The notes below the pieces were generated by a model. That model did no database searches and had not been told where the DNA came from. It saw only the letters and a list, made by a program, of their open reading frames with translations. Shown here piece after piece: positions 35,767 through 49,402 of a DNA stretch of 64,000 nt (positions within the stretch are counted from its first letter, which is position 1; every line of letters starts with the position of its first letter). The translations under genes were made by a program, and so were the position numbers. This DNA comes from Pseudogymnoascus verrucosus (taxonomy: Eukaryota). The DNA lies in the NCBI GenBank assembly GCA_001662655.1, contig KV460241.1. One strand, given 5' to 3'.

Positions 35767-38187
35767 ATGGGTATCAGCGGTTTGATATACTCCGAGTTGA
35801 ATACAGAAAGCAAGCTGACAACGTGTAGGGCTACTGCCATTGCTCAAGTCTATACATAAACCATGTAATCTCAAGAAGTTTGCGGGGCAGACGATAGGTG
35901 TAGATGCCTATGGATGGCTTCACAGGGGTACAATATCTTGTACCATGGATTTGGTGATGGGGAAGCCAACAAGGAAGTACGTATTTGCGAATATTTGATA
36001 AAGACACTTCTAACAAGAACCAGATTTGTTGATTTTGCCATGCACCGGGTACGAATGCTTCAGCATTTTGGCGTCATACCGTTTTTAATCTTCGATGGAG
36101 ATTACCTCCCCAGCAAGGCGGCTACCGAAGCGGACCGCAATAAAAGACGAGCAGCCAGCAAAACACTTGGACTAGAGCTATTGAATGCAGGAAAAGTCGC
36201 ACAGGCCAATCTTGAACTCCAGAAAGCAGTTGATGTTACTCCTGAAATGGCCAGGCAGCTCATCGACGAGTTGAATATGGCTGGGGTTCAGTATATTGTC
36301 GCACCATACGAAGCAGATGCACAGATGGTATACCTAGAGAGAAAGGGGATTCTTGACGGGATTCTATCCGAAGACTCAGATCTCCTAGTTTTTGGTGCTA
36401 AGTGCCTCCTGACAAAACTTGATCAGTACGGAAATTGCATCGAAATCAACCAGGCAGATTTCAGTGCCTGCCGTGATATAAACCTAGCCGGGTGGAGCGA
36501 AAAGGAGTTCAGGCAGATGGCAATTTTGAGCGGATGCGACTATCTCTCCAGTATCACGAATATGGGCCTGAAAACGGCCTATCGAATGATACGGAAGCAC
36601 AAAAATGTTGAGAAAGTCATACGGATGCTACAATTCGATGGCAAATACCATGTGCCAAAGGATTACCTGGACAACTTCTATCAAGCGGAACTAACATTTT
36701 TGCACCAACGTGTGTTTTGTCCGATAGCGAATAAAGTTGTGTTCCACACAGAGCCAGAACAACCCATCGATGAAGAAAAGTTGACGTTTATCGGCGCTCC
36801 TGTCGAAGCAGAAATAGCTAAGAGAGTCGCAACGGGAGAACTTAACCCAATGACAAAGGAGGTGATTATAACCCGTCAAAGTGTGCCTGCAGCATCTCCA
36901 AGAACGCCATGGACGGCAAAGTCACAGCTCCGGGCATCAGTTTCGTCACAAGATTTAAAGAAAGGGGTTAGCATCGATCAATTCTTCAAGCCAAGACGGG
37001 TTCCCCTAGCAGAACTTGACATCAACTGTTTCACACCATCCCCCTCTCAGCAGAATGCCCTCCTTCGGAATTCCGGGCCCTGGGAAGCAACACCCGTACC
37101 ACGACCGCACCTGAGCCGATCTGCAACTCAACCAGAACCACAACTGCCACCTCCAAGGTCGGCGCCTCCTCGTCAGGCTAGCAGAGCGCTATCAGCCAGT
37201 TTTCAATCAGAGCCTAGGCCTCATAAGAGGCCAAGGTTATGCTCGGATAGTATTACAGGCGACATTCCAATTGGGGGGCGCAGCCGATTCTTTGAGTCAA
37301 CGACGGATCTAAGCCCATCGATTGGACGAACCGCTAAGAGCAGAAAATCCGAAAGCGATGTATACATATATTCCGACGATTCCATTGAAGATGTGATGCT
37401 TAGTCTCCCTGATTTCGACGGCTTTAAGCATGATTCCGGTAAGAAGATGCAGGTGTTCAAAGAGGACAGCAAAATCAGTGATGAAACCGATCCAACCACC
37501 GATTCAACTTTACAAGTTTCGACAACAACAAGCTTCACTTCAATGCCGAGCCTCACCCAGGCAACATCGTTTGCCAGCACCATTGATGATCCACCATCGC
37601 CTGTTTCAACTGCCCCAACGGCGACGCCTGTATCTCTCAAATCACGATTTGCGTTTACACCCAAGTCTCAATTTTCGACTCTTTCACGTCGGAGCAGCGA
37701 TGCTTCTACTTCTCCAACCTCCGCGAAGCCGTCACGCATACCGGTTCCCGTTAAGTCAGAAACACGTAGCGCTTCCACGCCTCTCCAGGCACTAGGTTCA
37801 AAAGCCCTGAACCGCACAAATTCCGCTGCTGTATTACCAACGCCACCATACACACCCATATCCACCCCGACTGGATCTCGCAAGATCTCGAGTTTTACTC
37901 GCCAACCGAAGCCTAAGCCAGCTGGCCTAGGTGGCTTGCCATTCCCTGAACTCGGAAGGAACATGGTTAGAAAGCAGTCGTCTCTCAAGATCGTCACTGA
38001 GCCAGCCGACATTCCTCTTCCTCCTCATGATGAGGAAGAGAGACTTGCTTTAGCATCTCCGCCGAAGGAAAATATGTGCAAGTCATTTGGAAGCGAGGAC
38101 CTAATAGTCCATGACAGCGAAGAAGAGGAGCTTCTGAGCCCGGTCGAAAGGGTAAACTTAGGGAGGTTCGCTTTCGGCATGAAATAG
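35767..38187 (+). CDS. EXO1: Exonuclease 1 (Rad2/XPG family); 3 exons
   Basis: Exons 35767-35779, 35829-35976, 36024-38187. MGISGLLPLLKSIHKP...IGVDAYGWLHRG...FDGDYLPSKAATE...VAPYEADAQM...SEDSDLLVFG...ILSGCDYL, then a long S/P-rich tail. Confidence 0.96.
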
Positions 38188-38500
38188 TGGTGCTTACCAG
38201 GCTCAAATTGGTGGCCGAGTGGGTATTGCTACTGAAATGGCGCGACTTTAAAGGCTATATTTGAAGGAGTTTCTGGGAGTAGGAGTTAGGGATTGTTTTG
38301 TTGGGGGTCTGGGAATAGCACTATCAAGGTGCTTCCTAGGTTGGAGTTTTATAGCATTCAAGCGATGGGCAGGTCGGGTGCGGAGTTTAGCGTCTAGTTA
38401 CTTGTTCTATCATCGATAAAGCTCTAAATAGAAGCCATCGAGAATCAATTTACTTCTGTTTTCCTATGCTTATGAGACGTGTTACGAGTGAAAAGTTGTA

Positions 38501-38590
38501 GACTCAGGCCGTAGCTAGGGACTCAGCCTGTGGCTAGGGGCTGCTCAGACTGTAGCTAGGGGCTGCTCAGACTGTAGCTAGGGGATCTCA
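38501..38590. repeat. Minisatellite, about 4 copies of a 19-22 bp unit (CTCAGACTGTAGCTAGGGGCTG)
   Basis: Units start at 38503, 38522, 38544 and 38566. Confidence 0.9.
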
Positions 38591-39467
38591 TATACACGAA
38601 TGCCTCCCCTAGGAAGCGGACGACGTAGGGGCGCCATATGAGTAAGCGATCATCTCTAAGTCACACTTATAATAAAACATCAGCTACACGTCACATCGCA
38701 AATACACTCAACAGTCATTTTATGTAGTTCATAAGATCCATGTTCTCATATCGACCTTACGCCCATCTATCTACCAGCCTTCTCTATGGCTCCCTCCATT
38801 GATGCTCCTAAAAAACGCTTCAAAAAAATCCCCATCGCAATCGCACACAAATGTATTTCTGCAGTCTCCCTCCCTCGCCCTCCCTCTCCCATGCTGTGGC
38901 AAAAAAATATTCACGAGACCTCTCTCTAGGTCTCGGCAGGCGGGTACTGCTTATGTATGTTCGACATCATAACGTACAAATGAAAAGTGGGATGTGTCTG
39001 TCTTGTTGTGGTGTATTTGTGTCTGATTCTGAGTCCGATTGAGTGGATGATGATAAGTTCGTGAATGCTCGCGAGTTGGTACAGAAATGCCAAGGCTAGG
39101 CTATGGAAGTATGCACGTAAAAGATGGAGTAGAGCTGCGCTCCAGAGCTGCAGGTCTCATCTCCCCGACCTTGTACGGCGGCTATGCATGCAAATATATT
39201 CGAGTGTGGTGTATATGTCCTGGTCGTTCGTGGTCTGTTTGTCTATTTCGACGACGCCAGAGCTGCTGCAAGGGCACTTGGTGCCGGGGTGCTCAGGTCA
39301 ACAGTGAATTGCCACTCCCCTGAAATACTGGCCGTCAGCAAATGCTTTGGTAATGAACGACCGTAAGCAGCCCAAAGATACCCGTCACACTTGGTGGCAC
39401 CACTATGCCTAGCAGCATCAAGAAAGCTGCAATATAGAGACAGCGGGGGTGATCAAATAGAAAATAG

Positions 39468-41089
39468 CTAATCGGTGCCATTATAATCCCCATTGAAAGA
39501 CCACACACCATTTGCCAAGTTTTCGGCTGTGTCAGCGAGCAAAATGACACGACGCTTGTTGCAATAGGACGTCTTGTCCATGATATCGACCCTTAGGTTG
39601 GCATCAGCCAGTTCTGCTACTGGCTTCTCGAACATCTCTGATAAGTTCTCAACTGCCATCTCCAAGTCCTTCTGGTTGTCTTCGAACATCTCGGTTAAGT
39701 TGTTGCGAGCAAGGTAGAAGGCGAACGCGTAGGTCCACTTCAAGGTCTGACGACAGGTTTGGAGAGCCTGGGATGCCAAGTTAAGGTATTGGACTTCAAT
39801 CCAAGAGAGACCGGACGCTGACTGTAGCTGAACCATCTTCTTCTCTGTCTTCGTTGCAATATCCTTATCAAGTTTTGCCGATTGTTCGTGGTTGGCATAA
39901 CGGTTGTAGTAATGAAGGTATCGCTCGAGCGACACCCTAGACTTAGCCATAGCATCACGCGCATCGGATCCGCTGCCCTCCTCGAATCGATTGCAGTTGT
40001 ACCAACTCGTTCCGTGTTCTGACCATAAACCCATGCACATCCAGCAGAATTCATGCTTGCACTTTCTGCACGTCATATGGTTGCACCCACCGTTCTTCTC
40101 GATCGTCGAGTTACACTTAGGGCACTCCTTCGTGTTGGCGGAGATCCAGTTCGCAGTCTCAGAATCATCGGCGCACTTCTTAAGCCAGCGCTTCACTAGC
40201 TCACAAGGAGCTGGCTGATGGTCTGTGAGAATGCATCCGAAGCAAAAGCGATAGCCACAGTCGCAAGCCACTGTAGGTACCACCTTGTCCAGATCACGCT
40301 TCTGGATCTTGCATTCGACAGCGTTTACGCAATCTGGAGCAGGGCACCATTTCAGCGCATTCTTGTCCTCGACATAGGTCCGTGTAAGCAATTCGCGGTA
40401 TCTGTTGTTCAAATCCGATGCCACGAGTAGGTCCATTGACTTCGAATCCATAATCCGCTTGCATCCGTCCTGTGGGCACTGGATATGAGCGGCCTCGCCC
40501 TCTTCCTTGATCTTTTGTGCCAAATATTGTCTATAGCAATCGACGCAGTATCTGTGACCACACTTCATAGCAAATGTCAAGAGCCCCGCTTCGTCCTCGC
40601 AGCATATATCGCAAACGAAGCCAGGGATGACTTGTAGTGTAGGCGGTCCCTCGGTGCTAGGACCTAGCCCAGCCTCCTCCAGGACCTTCTTCGGTCTATC
40701 CATATAGTCCTCAATCAACCTCTCCTTGTTCCATCGAAAGTGTCGTAATATGATTGCCGCATCCTCCTTCTTTAAGTCGAGAATCATATTAACCTCATCG
40801 ATTAACTCATCCTGCTGCTTCTGTATATCATCCGGATGGTAAACTTTATATGTAACTTCGAACGGTCTCCTCTTCTCTCTTGTAGACTCCTTCTGCGAGA
40901 TTTCTAAATCAGGCTCCGGCTCATCGAATCCGAAATCTGTGCCGCACAACTACGTCAGCCTCGTTTCTTCAGCAAACCATCCAACGTCAACGTCAACAAC
41001 TCACCATCTCCCGACTCATTGTCCGACTCATCCTGCAGAATATCATCCTCGCTCGACATCCCAGACATATATTCGTCCGAGTCCGCCAT
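39468..41089 (-). CDS. ARI1: Ariadne-family RBR E3 ubiquitin ligase (Ari1/Hel1); 2 exons
   Basis: Acidic N-terminus (MADSDEYMSGMSSEDD), intron 41004-40937, RING1 (CDICC...CGHRYCVDC...CP), IBR (WCPAPDC...CDCGYRFCFGC...HQPAPC), RING2 (TKECPKC...IEKNGGCNHMTC), and the Ariadne domain (LERYLHYYNRYANH). Confidence 0.95.
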
Positions 41090-41865
41090 GCTTGTCGTAG
41101 TCGCCGCTGGTGAAAGGGCGGAAGCAATCCTCTTGCTGGGTGGTAAACTATATGAGATCGAGGACGATAACGCTTCCGCCGCTTTTCGCTTTCTCGTCAG
41201 GGGTGAAATGGTGAAGTTTTGGTCGGGGGAAGTGCGTGGTTCGGTGGTCCAAAGTGGCAACCAAGTCCATCAACGACTAAGCAGGCTCCCGGATCGTTCC
41301 AACAGAGAGGGGTCTGATTGGTGCACGTGAGGATGACTCAGTACCGGCGCTGTGCACGAGAAAGCTGTTGAAGGGAGCAAGTGAGTCCTTGGTGAGGCTT
41401 ATAATTGTATGATCTTTGAAAGTTGACGTGGTTCACTGCAGACGTGGCGGCTCTTGTTCGTATCAGCCTTGAATTCAACGGAGTGACGCCCAAGGCTTTA
41501 TCGGCGATCCCCCGTCAACTGCAATCGGACCCTACTACTACTCTACCACGTGATTACGTGTCACGAGTTATCAACAATGAGGCGGGGCAGGGGCCGATCT
41601 TGGCATCGTCATGTCATTCTGCCTGAGGTACCCTAGTGTCTTCCACAACGATCCAGATAAGGGACCATGCTACATGCGTACGTACGCAGATACGGATTAA
41701 TACTAAAATAAAATTGAAGCTGATGGAATCCCCCCTTAATTTGATTTCTGAGAACTGGCTTATTAAAAAGGCCGCAATGATAATTACAATCCCAACTGAT
41801 TAAGAACCTTAATTGTATTCCTAGTTACTGTAAACTCTCTTAAAGCAACAATGAGCTCGCTCTAC

Positions 41866-44338
41866 CTAATTATTCCCAGACTCCATCGCTTCTTCATTCT
41901 CTTCTCGAATCTCTCCTCGTACATCGTCTCGAACCTCGTCTCGCACTTCCTCTCGAACTTCTTCTCGAGACTTCGTAATGTCCATAACGAACTTGATGAA
42001 CCGGTCACCGTAGGGAACTGGTGGTATCGGGGATATTTGTTGCTTATCATGAGAAAGTCCTTTCCAGAAATTTTCAAGTCTCTTGACGGTTCCATACTGC
42101 ATTTATTAGCCACATAGTCAAGACATATTGGTAGTAAGTAACTTACGTGAGTGAGCAAATCAATGATGCCCAGATAATATATCTCCTCCCCAGGGGTATT
42201 ATCCTCATGTGTGGCCCTAAAGCCCCCATCGTCGCTGTAGAACGTAAAGTCTCGTTTACTTGTGTTCTCTTCCATCTGATCTGGCATTCTGGTGGATGAT
42301 TCGCCCATAGGAATGGGCTTTTCGTGTTTGATGATCTTTCGCAACTCATGCGCCTTTCTAGCAGTCTCCAATTTCGAGGGCGTTCTCGTCAAGATAGGGT
42401 TTGAAGGTAGAATATCGTCCGGCGATGTGTCTCCTCCAGGCTGGAACACCCTGAGCGTCTTATCTCGAAGATTCTCTTGGTTGCCTTTCCCCAAGTCATG
42501 TATGCCCACAAGCATCGAATAGTCCATAATTTTGAGCTTCTGCAGGAGATGTACATCCTGCTCCATCTGTTCCAAAAAGGTGTTCTTCTTTTCTGGTCCG
42601 AATTCGAGATGGTAGTTCCTCCTGAGCCAGTTGAGGTCCTTCAGGGTTGCTCTTGGGTTGTTGACAACATTCTCTTCCTTGTAGTCTCGCCCGATAGTGG
42701 AGCCTTTCAAATCAAACGTTTGATGGATGTCCCTATGCGGTGGGAATAGGTTGTTCATGACGACAAAGTGGATTTTACCTCCGTATGGCACCTTCACTCT
42801 ATGCAAGCCGTAGAATTGCGACAAGAGGGTGTTGGGATTCTGCACGACATGCTGGTAATAGTCCTTGAGAATTTTGCGAAGGAGTTTGTGTTCGGCATGG
42901 TGTATAGTTTTGATGATGTACTTGTAATCTCGAGAGAAATAGAAGAAGCTGCCACTTTTGCCGGGCGATCCGAGTTCTGACAAGATGTACTTGCTTGTCA
43001 ACGACATGAGATAGTCGGCAGGGTCAATTTTGAAAGTGGCTCGTAGGCGTCGGAATATCCATGGTGCATAATCCTTGAATTTGAAATCATACTTTGCCGA
43101 CGGGGTTAACTCATTGCCAGTTCTAGTTTCGGTCAGCTTTCATCCAGATATATAATGCACCAGATAGCTTAGACTTACATGTCAAAGGAAAACTTGTGGC
43201 GTGCAGTAAAGTCAGCCTCCGTTAGGTCCCTATCCAACTTCGCGTTCGTCCTTGACACAGTAAATCGGATGCCAGTCAACATATTGTATGCTGTGACCCA
43301 ATTTACATGGTTCTGATCAACCTTCGTCCCCACAACCACCCTATCCTCGTCTTCTTCATCTCTTCGCTTCCGCTTACTCGCTCTCTTCTGTCGTATTGCT
43401 TCTGCCCACCTGAGGGCATCTTCGTCTTGCGCTATATCTTCATGGGGTATATTGGAATGAATGCTTTGGGTATTGCGTCTATTGATGCTGAGAGAACCTC
43501 GGCGCATGTTGGACGTCGCGGCTACAGGAGAGAATCGACCAGTCGCCAGGGCGGTTCCATCGTCTGTAGATGCACGTGGCGGTCCAATCTTCGGTACTCG
43601 CTGTTTAAGCTGGGGCGGACCAGCAGCGTTCTGTGATGAACCCGACGGTCCACCGATGGGGGTCCTAGGATTGTAATCGGGGGAGAGTCGATGTATAGAA
43701 GGATTCTGCTGAGCATTCTGAGTTGTCGGAGGTGAGTCGAGGTGTTTCATGTTTCCAACCAAAGAACTGGAATAAGTGAGGGGCCCAGTGCTTTGCGGAT
43801 TATAGGATGAGGGAGGAGGGGGCAGTCTCTTATAGCTCTCGTTGTATCCATTTGCAGCTTGCGATTCGTTGACTTCGGGTACAGTCAATTGTGGCTGTAT
43901 TGGATATCCATTTGCGATGCCATACGAGTTCCTCTCTGTCGACAGAGACTTCGATGATCGATTATGTGGCTCCGGGCTCTTTCTTCCATTTTCAGGTATA
44001 CCGGCCATGCCGCCGTTGATAGATAGAGCGCCAGTGTTGCGAACCAATCGATCCTCCCAACTATTCCTCGCCGACCTCCCATTTGGCACTGCGTTCAGCC
44101 CCGTATCGGTGAACATCCCGCCGTTATCCGGGGGGGTGATCTCGTCGTTCATGGAATTGAGGGAGTCGGTAGGAGTTCTAGGCGGTGTCGTCTCATAGTT
44201 CGCATGGACAATCGGCTGTTGCAGTGGCCAATTCTTCAGGGCCGCATTCTCCTGCGATTGACGGGTGTCGTTGAGGGTTTGGAAGAAGGGGTCATCCAGT
44301 GTCCTGTTATTCAACTCATCGGAGTGGAATGATGGCAT
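41866..44338 (-). CDS. MSS4: Phosphatidylinositol-4-phosphate 5-kinase Mss4/Its3; 3 exons
   Basis: First in-frame ATG 44338; introns 43178-43123 and 42146-42097. VTAYNMLTGIR, FKFKDYAPW, SPGKSGSFFYFSRDY, MNNLF, FDLKGS, TLKDLN, IMDYSMLVG, YLGIID. Confidence 0.94.
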
Positions 44339-46018
44339 CTCGTTTGCACCGAATGGGGCTTGCAACGAGGCCAATCGAGGATCAAGAGTGTGTCGCTGCC
44401 GGGTTTGACCACGGGTTGGCACGTAGGGCGATGGCTGTGGCCCTACAGTTGCCACCTGCCGTCCCCTTTGTGGCTCGTCAGCTGAGGGTAGAGAAGTCTT
44501 CAATCGATTGTCCCCCTCTCGTCCCTCGATATAACAATGCGTGGTCGTGATAACTTGAGGGTTATGAGGTTGTTGTCACCGCTGAGACCTTCGAACAAGT
44601 CATCTAGCGTCGGTTGCGCGGGAACCTTGGCAAAACACAGCCGCCCTTCGTTACTTCTGTCCTGACGATCGTTTCCGCAGATAGATGCACAAGGACGCGT
44701 ATCGTTCGGTCGTGTGTCTCGATAAACTTTGCTTTGGCTCGATTATTTGAAAGAAGATAATTGTTGAGGGAAGCAAAGAAGCTACGGTTGTATTTGGTAT
44801 ATTAATATCTACCAATTCCGTCCGGAAATTGAATGTCGTATTGGCATGGTTCAGCCCGTTCCTCAGCCACACCACACGACTTGGCTAAGGGACCAACACA
44901 TTGTTAGAACAGCCGTGCGCAAGGTACTCGAAATAACTCAATATATTGCAACGGCGCATAGAAATCCACATCCTCCAGCAAAGGAGATCCAGTCACTCAA
45001 AGCACTAATGCGTGGATTGCATCCCGATAAACGCATAGTCTTTTACTTAATTAATGCTTTGCTTGTTTGTTGCTGTTCTTTACACCACCCCTTACGACAT
45101 ACGACATCCCCCTGTACATTTGTTTCCATGTGATCCCCTTGCTTACGCCAGGACGCTACAATGCGACAAATATGTTGATTCACGCAATTAATACTTAAGC
45201 TTAGGCTCTTTAAACTTGGTGTGATTATCATGTTGGTATATATGTTATATTGATGCCCTGTTTGATAGCTAGTTATTATGGTTTATTAAAGTTGTGATTT
45301 TATACGTAAAACTGTATTATTTATAATATATTCCCATGGAATTTAATCGAATTCGCATTTGTTATACATAAACACCAGTTTGCTTTCAAATACTCACTTA
45401 ACACCACATTAGGATCGAAGTATAATAAACTACATAAACATTTCATTTATATTCTTATTTATATATAGAGTTTACGGCACCACTACAGAGATTTCAATGA
45501 TTGATAATGGCGATACAGCACGTGTGTCATTAACATCAACATCACAAGTATCCAAAGAAGAAAGTCATTTTAAAACAGAATAATTAAAACTGATCAATAA
45601 TCATCATTGCATCTGGTATAAGTACAAGCCATCCAGTAATAGCATCATCATCCCAGCCCACCACCTCGCGCCAAAATTATAACCAGTAAGCCCCCTATTG
45701 TCATAACCCTCAGAAATCCGGCAGTGCAGGATACAGAAAAATCCTCAAACACAACCATTACCCATACAAGGTCGGGGAATCCCTAGCTACAATAACGCGA
45801 ATAAACATGATCCTCCGTGCTTCCCTGGAGTTGCCCAACCCACACCTCATATCCCATGAGTATGATAGCAGAAAACCCCATACAAAGCATATCCCAACCG
45901 AGTAAGTCCCGAATAATCAGACACAAGCGATATTAATCACCCTGCCGCGCTGAAACTCCCCAAACGCCACGAAGTCATTGATAGAAAGAGCCGTTAAAAC
46001 ATGAACAAGTGTTCAAGT

Positions 46019-47127
46019 TCAAGCAGCGGCCTTCTTGACAGCAGGCTTCTTGGGCGCTGCCTTCTTGGCGACGGGGGTCTTCGCGGTGGTCTTGGTTACG
46101 CGGCCGGACTTGGTCTTGCCGAGGACAGTTGGCTTCTCAACGACGGCTGGGATATCCTTCTTAGGAGCGGCCTTCTTGGCAGCTGGCTTCTTGGGTGCGG
46201 CCTTCTTTGGTGCAGCGGCCTTTGGCTTAGCAGCAGTCTTCTTGGTGGCAGCGGCCTTTGGCTTGGCGGCAGTCTTTGGGGCAGCAGCCTTCTTGGTGGT
46301 GGTGGTGGCCTTCTTGGCTGGTGCGGCGGCCTTCTTTGCGGCTGGCTTAGCAGCAGGCTTTGGCTCCTTCTTGGCAAGCTTGGTTCCGCCAGACGATCCT
46401 GAAGACATGTTAGTTAAGTTGATCGAGGGAAGTATTAAGTAGACGGGGGTTAGGTAAATAGGCCAAAGTAATTACGCATGTCACTAAGTAACAATGTGAT
46501 ATCACGTGGCGGATGGGGAGGCGGGAATAGGACGCGACATCAATAGTGGCAAATTTCGATAAAACTTACCCTTTGGCTGGTTGAACTCTCCCTTCTCGAC
46601 ACCCGACTTCAACGCCTTGTTGAAGAGCGAGTCGAACATCTTGTCGGTGGCATTGATGTTGTTGTTGGCCTTGACGTACTTCTTCAGGGCAACACGGCTA
46701 AAGGAAGGAGCGTTAGCAATCGTTCTCACGTACGCGACGGTAATGCCATAAACAAAACATGACGCGCAAAAATCAAAGAAGGCAAAACTAACCTGCTACC
46801 ATTTCTCTCCTTAAGCTGTATTGAATAGACGCGTCAGCAGATATTCGAGGCATGGTTGGTGTTGTGGTTTCATCGGTCGCAATGCGACTCGACGTCAACA
46901 AGCGAGAACGCGCGGACGCGATGCGCCAGATAACTTACGTTGATGATGGCATCCTTAATCATATCCTAAAAACGTAGGGCGTCAGTATAAGTAATTGAAG
47001 AATGCAATATGATACTGCGATTATAAAATAATGTTGTGGTTGGGGAATAGATATAACATACCTGGTATGAGTGACCAGCGGAAGTGGACTTCTTCGCGGC
47101 ACCAGCTTCGGTCTTCTTTGGAGGCAT
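46019..47127 (-). CDS. HHO1: Linker histone H1; 5 exons
   Basis: Exons 47127-47062, 46965-46939, 46815-46793, 46697-46570, 46398-46019. [33 protein letters not shown]...FNKALKSGVEKGEFNQPKGSSGGTKL globular domain, plus a K/A/P-rich tail. Confidence 0.96.
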
Positions 47128-49402
47128 GTTGATGATGGTATGAACGTTAGTTTATAAGTATTGAGTGTAGTAAAGGATTATCTTAAGATCCAAAGGAACT
47201 TTTGATCGTAATTGTCGGTATAATTGTGGATGTGCGGGGTTGGTTGTGTACGGGTTTCGAAAAGTTCTCAACATGGAAGTGGGCAGGGCGGCAATTTATA
47301 TGTTCTCCCTCGCGAAAGTCTATCAACAGCAGATTCACAGATCACCTCGACGGATGTATCGCGCTAACCCGTTTTAGGCCAAGAATTAGTACCCTTCAAG
47401 GCAAAACAACATCAATATCAGCCAATCAGAGACGAACACAGCCTTCCGCCGCTACCAGATCACGCGGTAACTCCAACCAAGACCAACTCTGGTGGTTCAA
47501 TCCTCGACGTCCCCTCCTCAATTGCGCTCACCCGCTCTCACCCACCACAGTCGGCTTTGGCATCGCCCACATTTTGGCAATTGTTGCGGAGGGGAGAGAA
47601 TCATCGTCAGATCGTGAATGCCGTTTTAGAGACTCCGTGAATGTGTTGTGCGAAGCCTGTATCTTTCCCAGAGCGATTCCCATTGATACGCTTCTTCTAA
47701 GCCGCGATATGATAAAATGTGATAACTCCACGAGGCTGTGGTGGGGTTTTGGCAGTCTGTCCAGCTCCACGACGTCGAACAGTTCAACGCTCAACGTCCA
47801 GTAGACGACCCAGTGATTCGATTTTCATTGTATACTGCATTATAACCTTTTCTTGAGGTCTTGCGATCGATTTAGACGAGTTTTTATGATGTCTTCGCTT
47901 TACGTGGTTGCGTTATCACAAAAGGGAATCTATGGTCGAAAATGAAGCAATTGTTGAAGCTTCGAGATCTCCCTTCCATTCGGGCGCATTCACACCACCA
48001 ACCACACAACCATCCGATAAGACTCAAAAACCATCGCAAATGACCAGTGAGTGTCTATTTCATACATTCCCGTTAAAAAATGAACATATATTCTCCATAG
48101 GTGCCGTCTACACTGCAGACAAAGTCTCGCTGTCTTTGATCGTGTCGCGATGTGGCCTCGTCTGGTGGCCGATAGACAACTCTCCATGTCCCACCACCAA
48201 ACCTTCTCTATTCATTACAAAAAGTAAGGAATACTATTCCATTACCAGTCATAGCTATTTCAAGTGAATTTTGGCATATTCTAGGAGGGCTAAGACTTCT
48301 TCTATTCCATTCACTACAGTTGATGTTTCTTCGGTCGCACGACTACATCGTGATTCGCGTCACTCATACCATCAACAGAATCTGCACATTCTGTTCAGAG
48401 ACTTCAAAACAAACTACAGTTTGATAGTGTCTGCTGAATGAATACATTTTAAAGGATGTATCTACTTGATATGCAGTTATGGCCCCCTCTCCTTTTATTT
48501 TAGTTGGAAGTCGGTGTTCGTCGTCATCTCTCATGTCACCAATACAATGTCGACGAAGGCGATGAAGATGACGACGCCTTTGAACTCTAGACACACTCGA
48601 TGCCATTCCAATTGTTCCCTTCTGTCTTGCAATTGCTTATATCATCAAATCTACCACCATAAGATATAAACACGATGCTTCTTGTCACAATGTCGACGAG
48701 ATATGTCAAGGAGACAACTTCGTTGGCAACGATCTATCCTACCGACTGGTATCCTCAACCCCCAACATTTCAATATCTCCAGGAAGGCTCTGATTCTATT
48801 ACTAACTTATTGAAAAGTTCGCAATACAGGTATTATTTCCTCGGTTTGATGACTGGGATAGTGAGGCGCCTGCAATTAGGCAGAAGACTTCCAGGAGTAA
48901 CTTCCAGGAGTAACTCCAGAGTAACACCCAAACCATGCCTCAGCCTGGCTCTTCCCTCTCACGCTCTCAAGACGGAGACGCGACATCTCTACATTCATTT
49001 GTATTTATGCCATACGTAAAACCCATCACAATCCCATTGAAAAAAGCAATCATGACACAAATCCTTCTAATTGTTTGTGCGCGGCGGGAAGCTCGGAAAA
49101 CCACATTACTTGGCACTGCGCCTCACAACAAGTTGTATCCATCATCCATCAACAGATTCATAAAAAAATGTCATCCATTTAGCAATATGCCTAATATGCA
49201 ATATGCTGATATGAAGCCTAAAACCTTCCTTCTTAAAGAGCCCTAGGTAATATACCACACCCACCCACCCCCGTTCGCCATCAACGCCAAAAGCAAACCC
49301 TTTCCCAACCGCCAGCCCATGCAATGCAAATAGCAAACCCTGTATCACCCCCCCCATCCCGCCATCGATCCGCGTCAACAAGTCAAGTGTTTTCCGAACC
49401 AC

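Noticed and set aside
44339..44575. Open in-frame region upstream of the MSS4 ATG (TTG at 44503)
   Set aside because: No targeting motif or other support seen; ATG 44338 is the simpler start.
45097..45125. ACATACGAC, similar to the 5' end of fungal 5S rRNA
   Set aside because: Downstream sequence does not match 5S rRNA.
46035..46442. Hydrophobic plus-strand ORF (AAFLAAGF repeats) that looks like a membrane protein
   Set aside because: Antisense of the Lys/Ala-rich H1 tail.
47202..49300. Short ORFs and small repeats (e.g. CTTCCAGGAGTAA x2-3 near 48888) between H1 and FEN1
   Set aside because: No recognisable domain, splice pattern or transposon hallmark.
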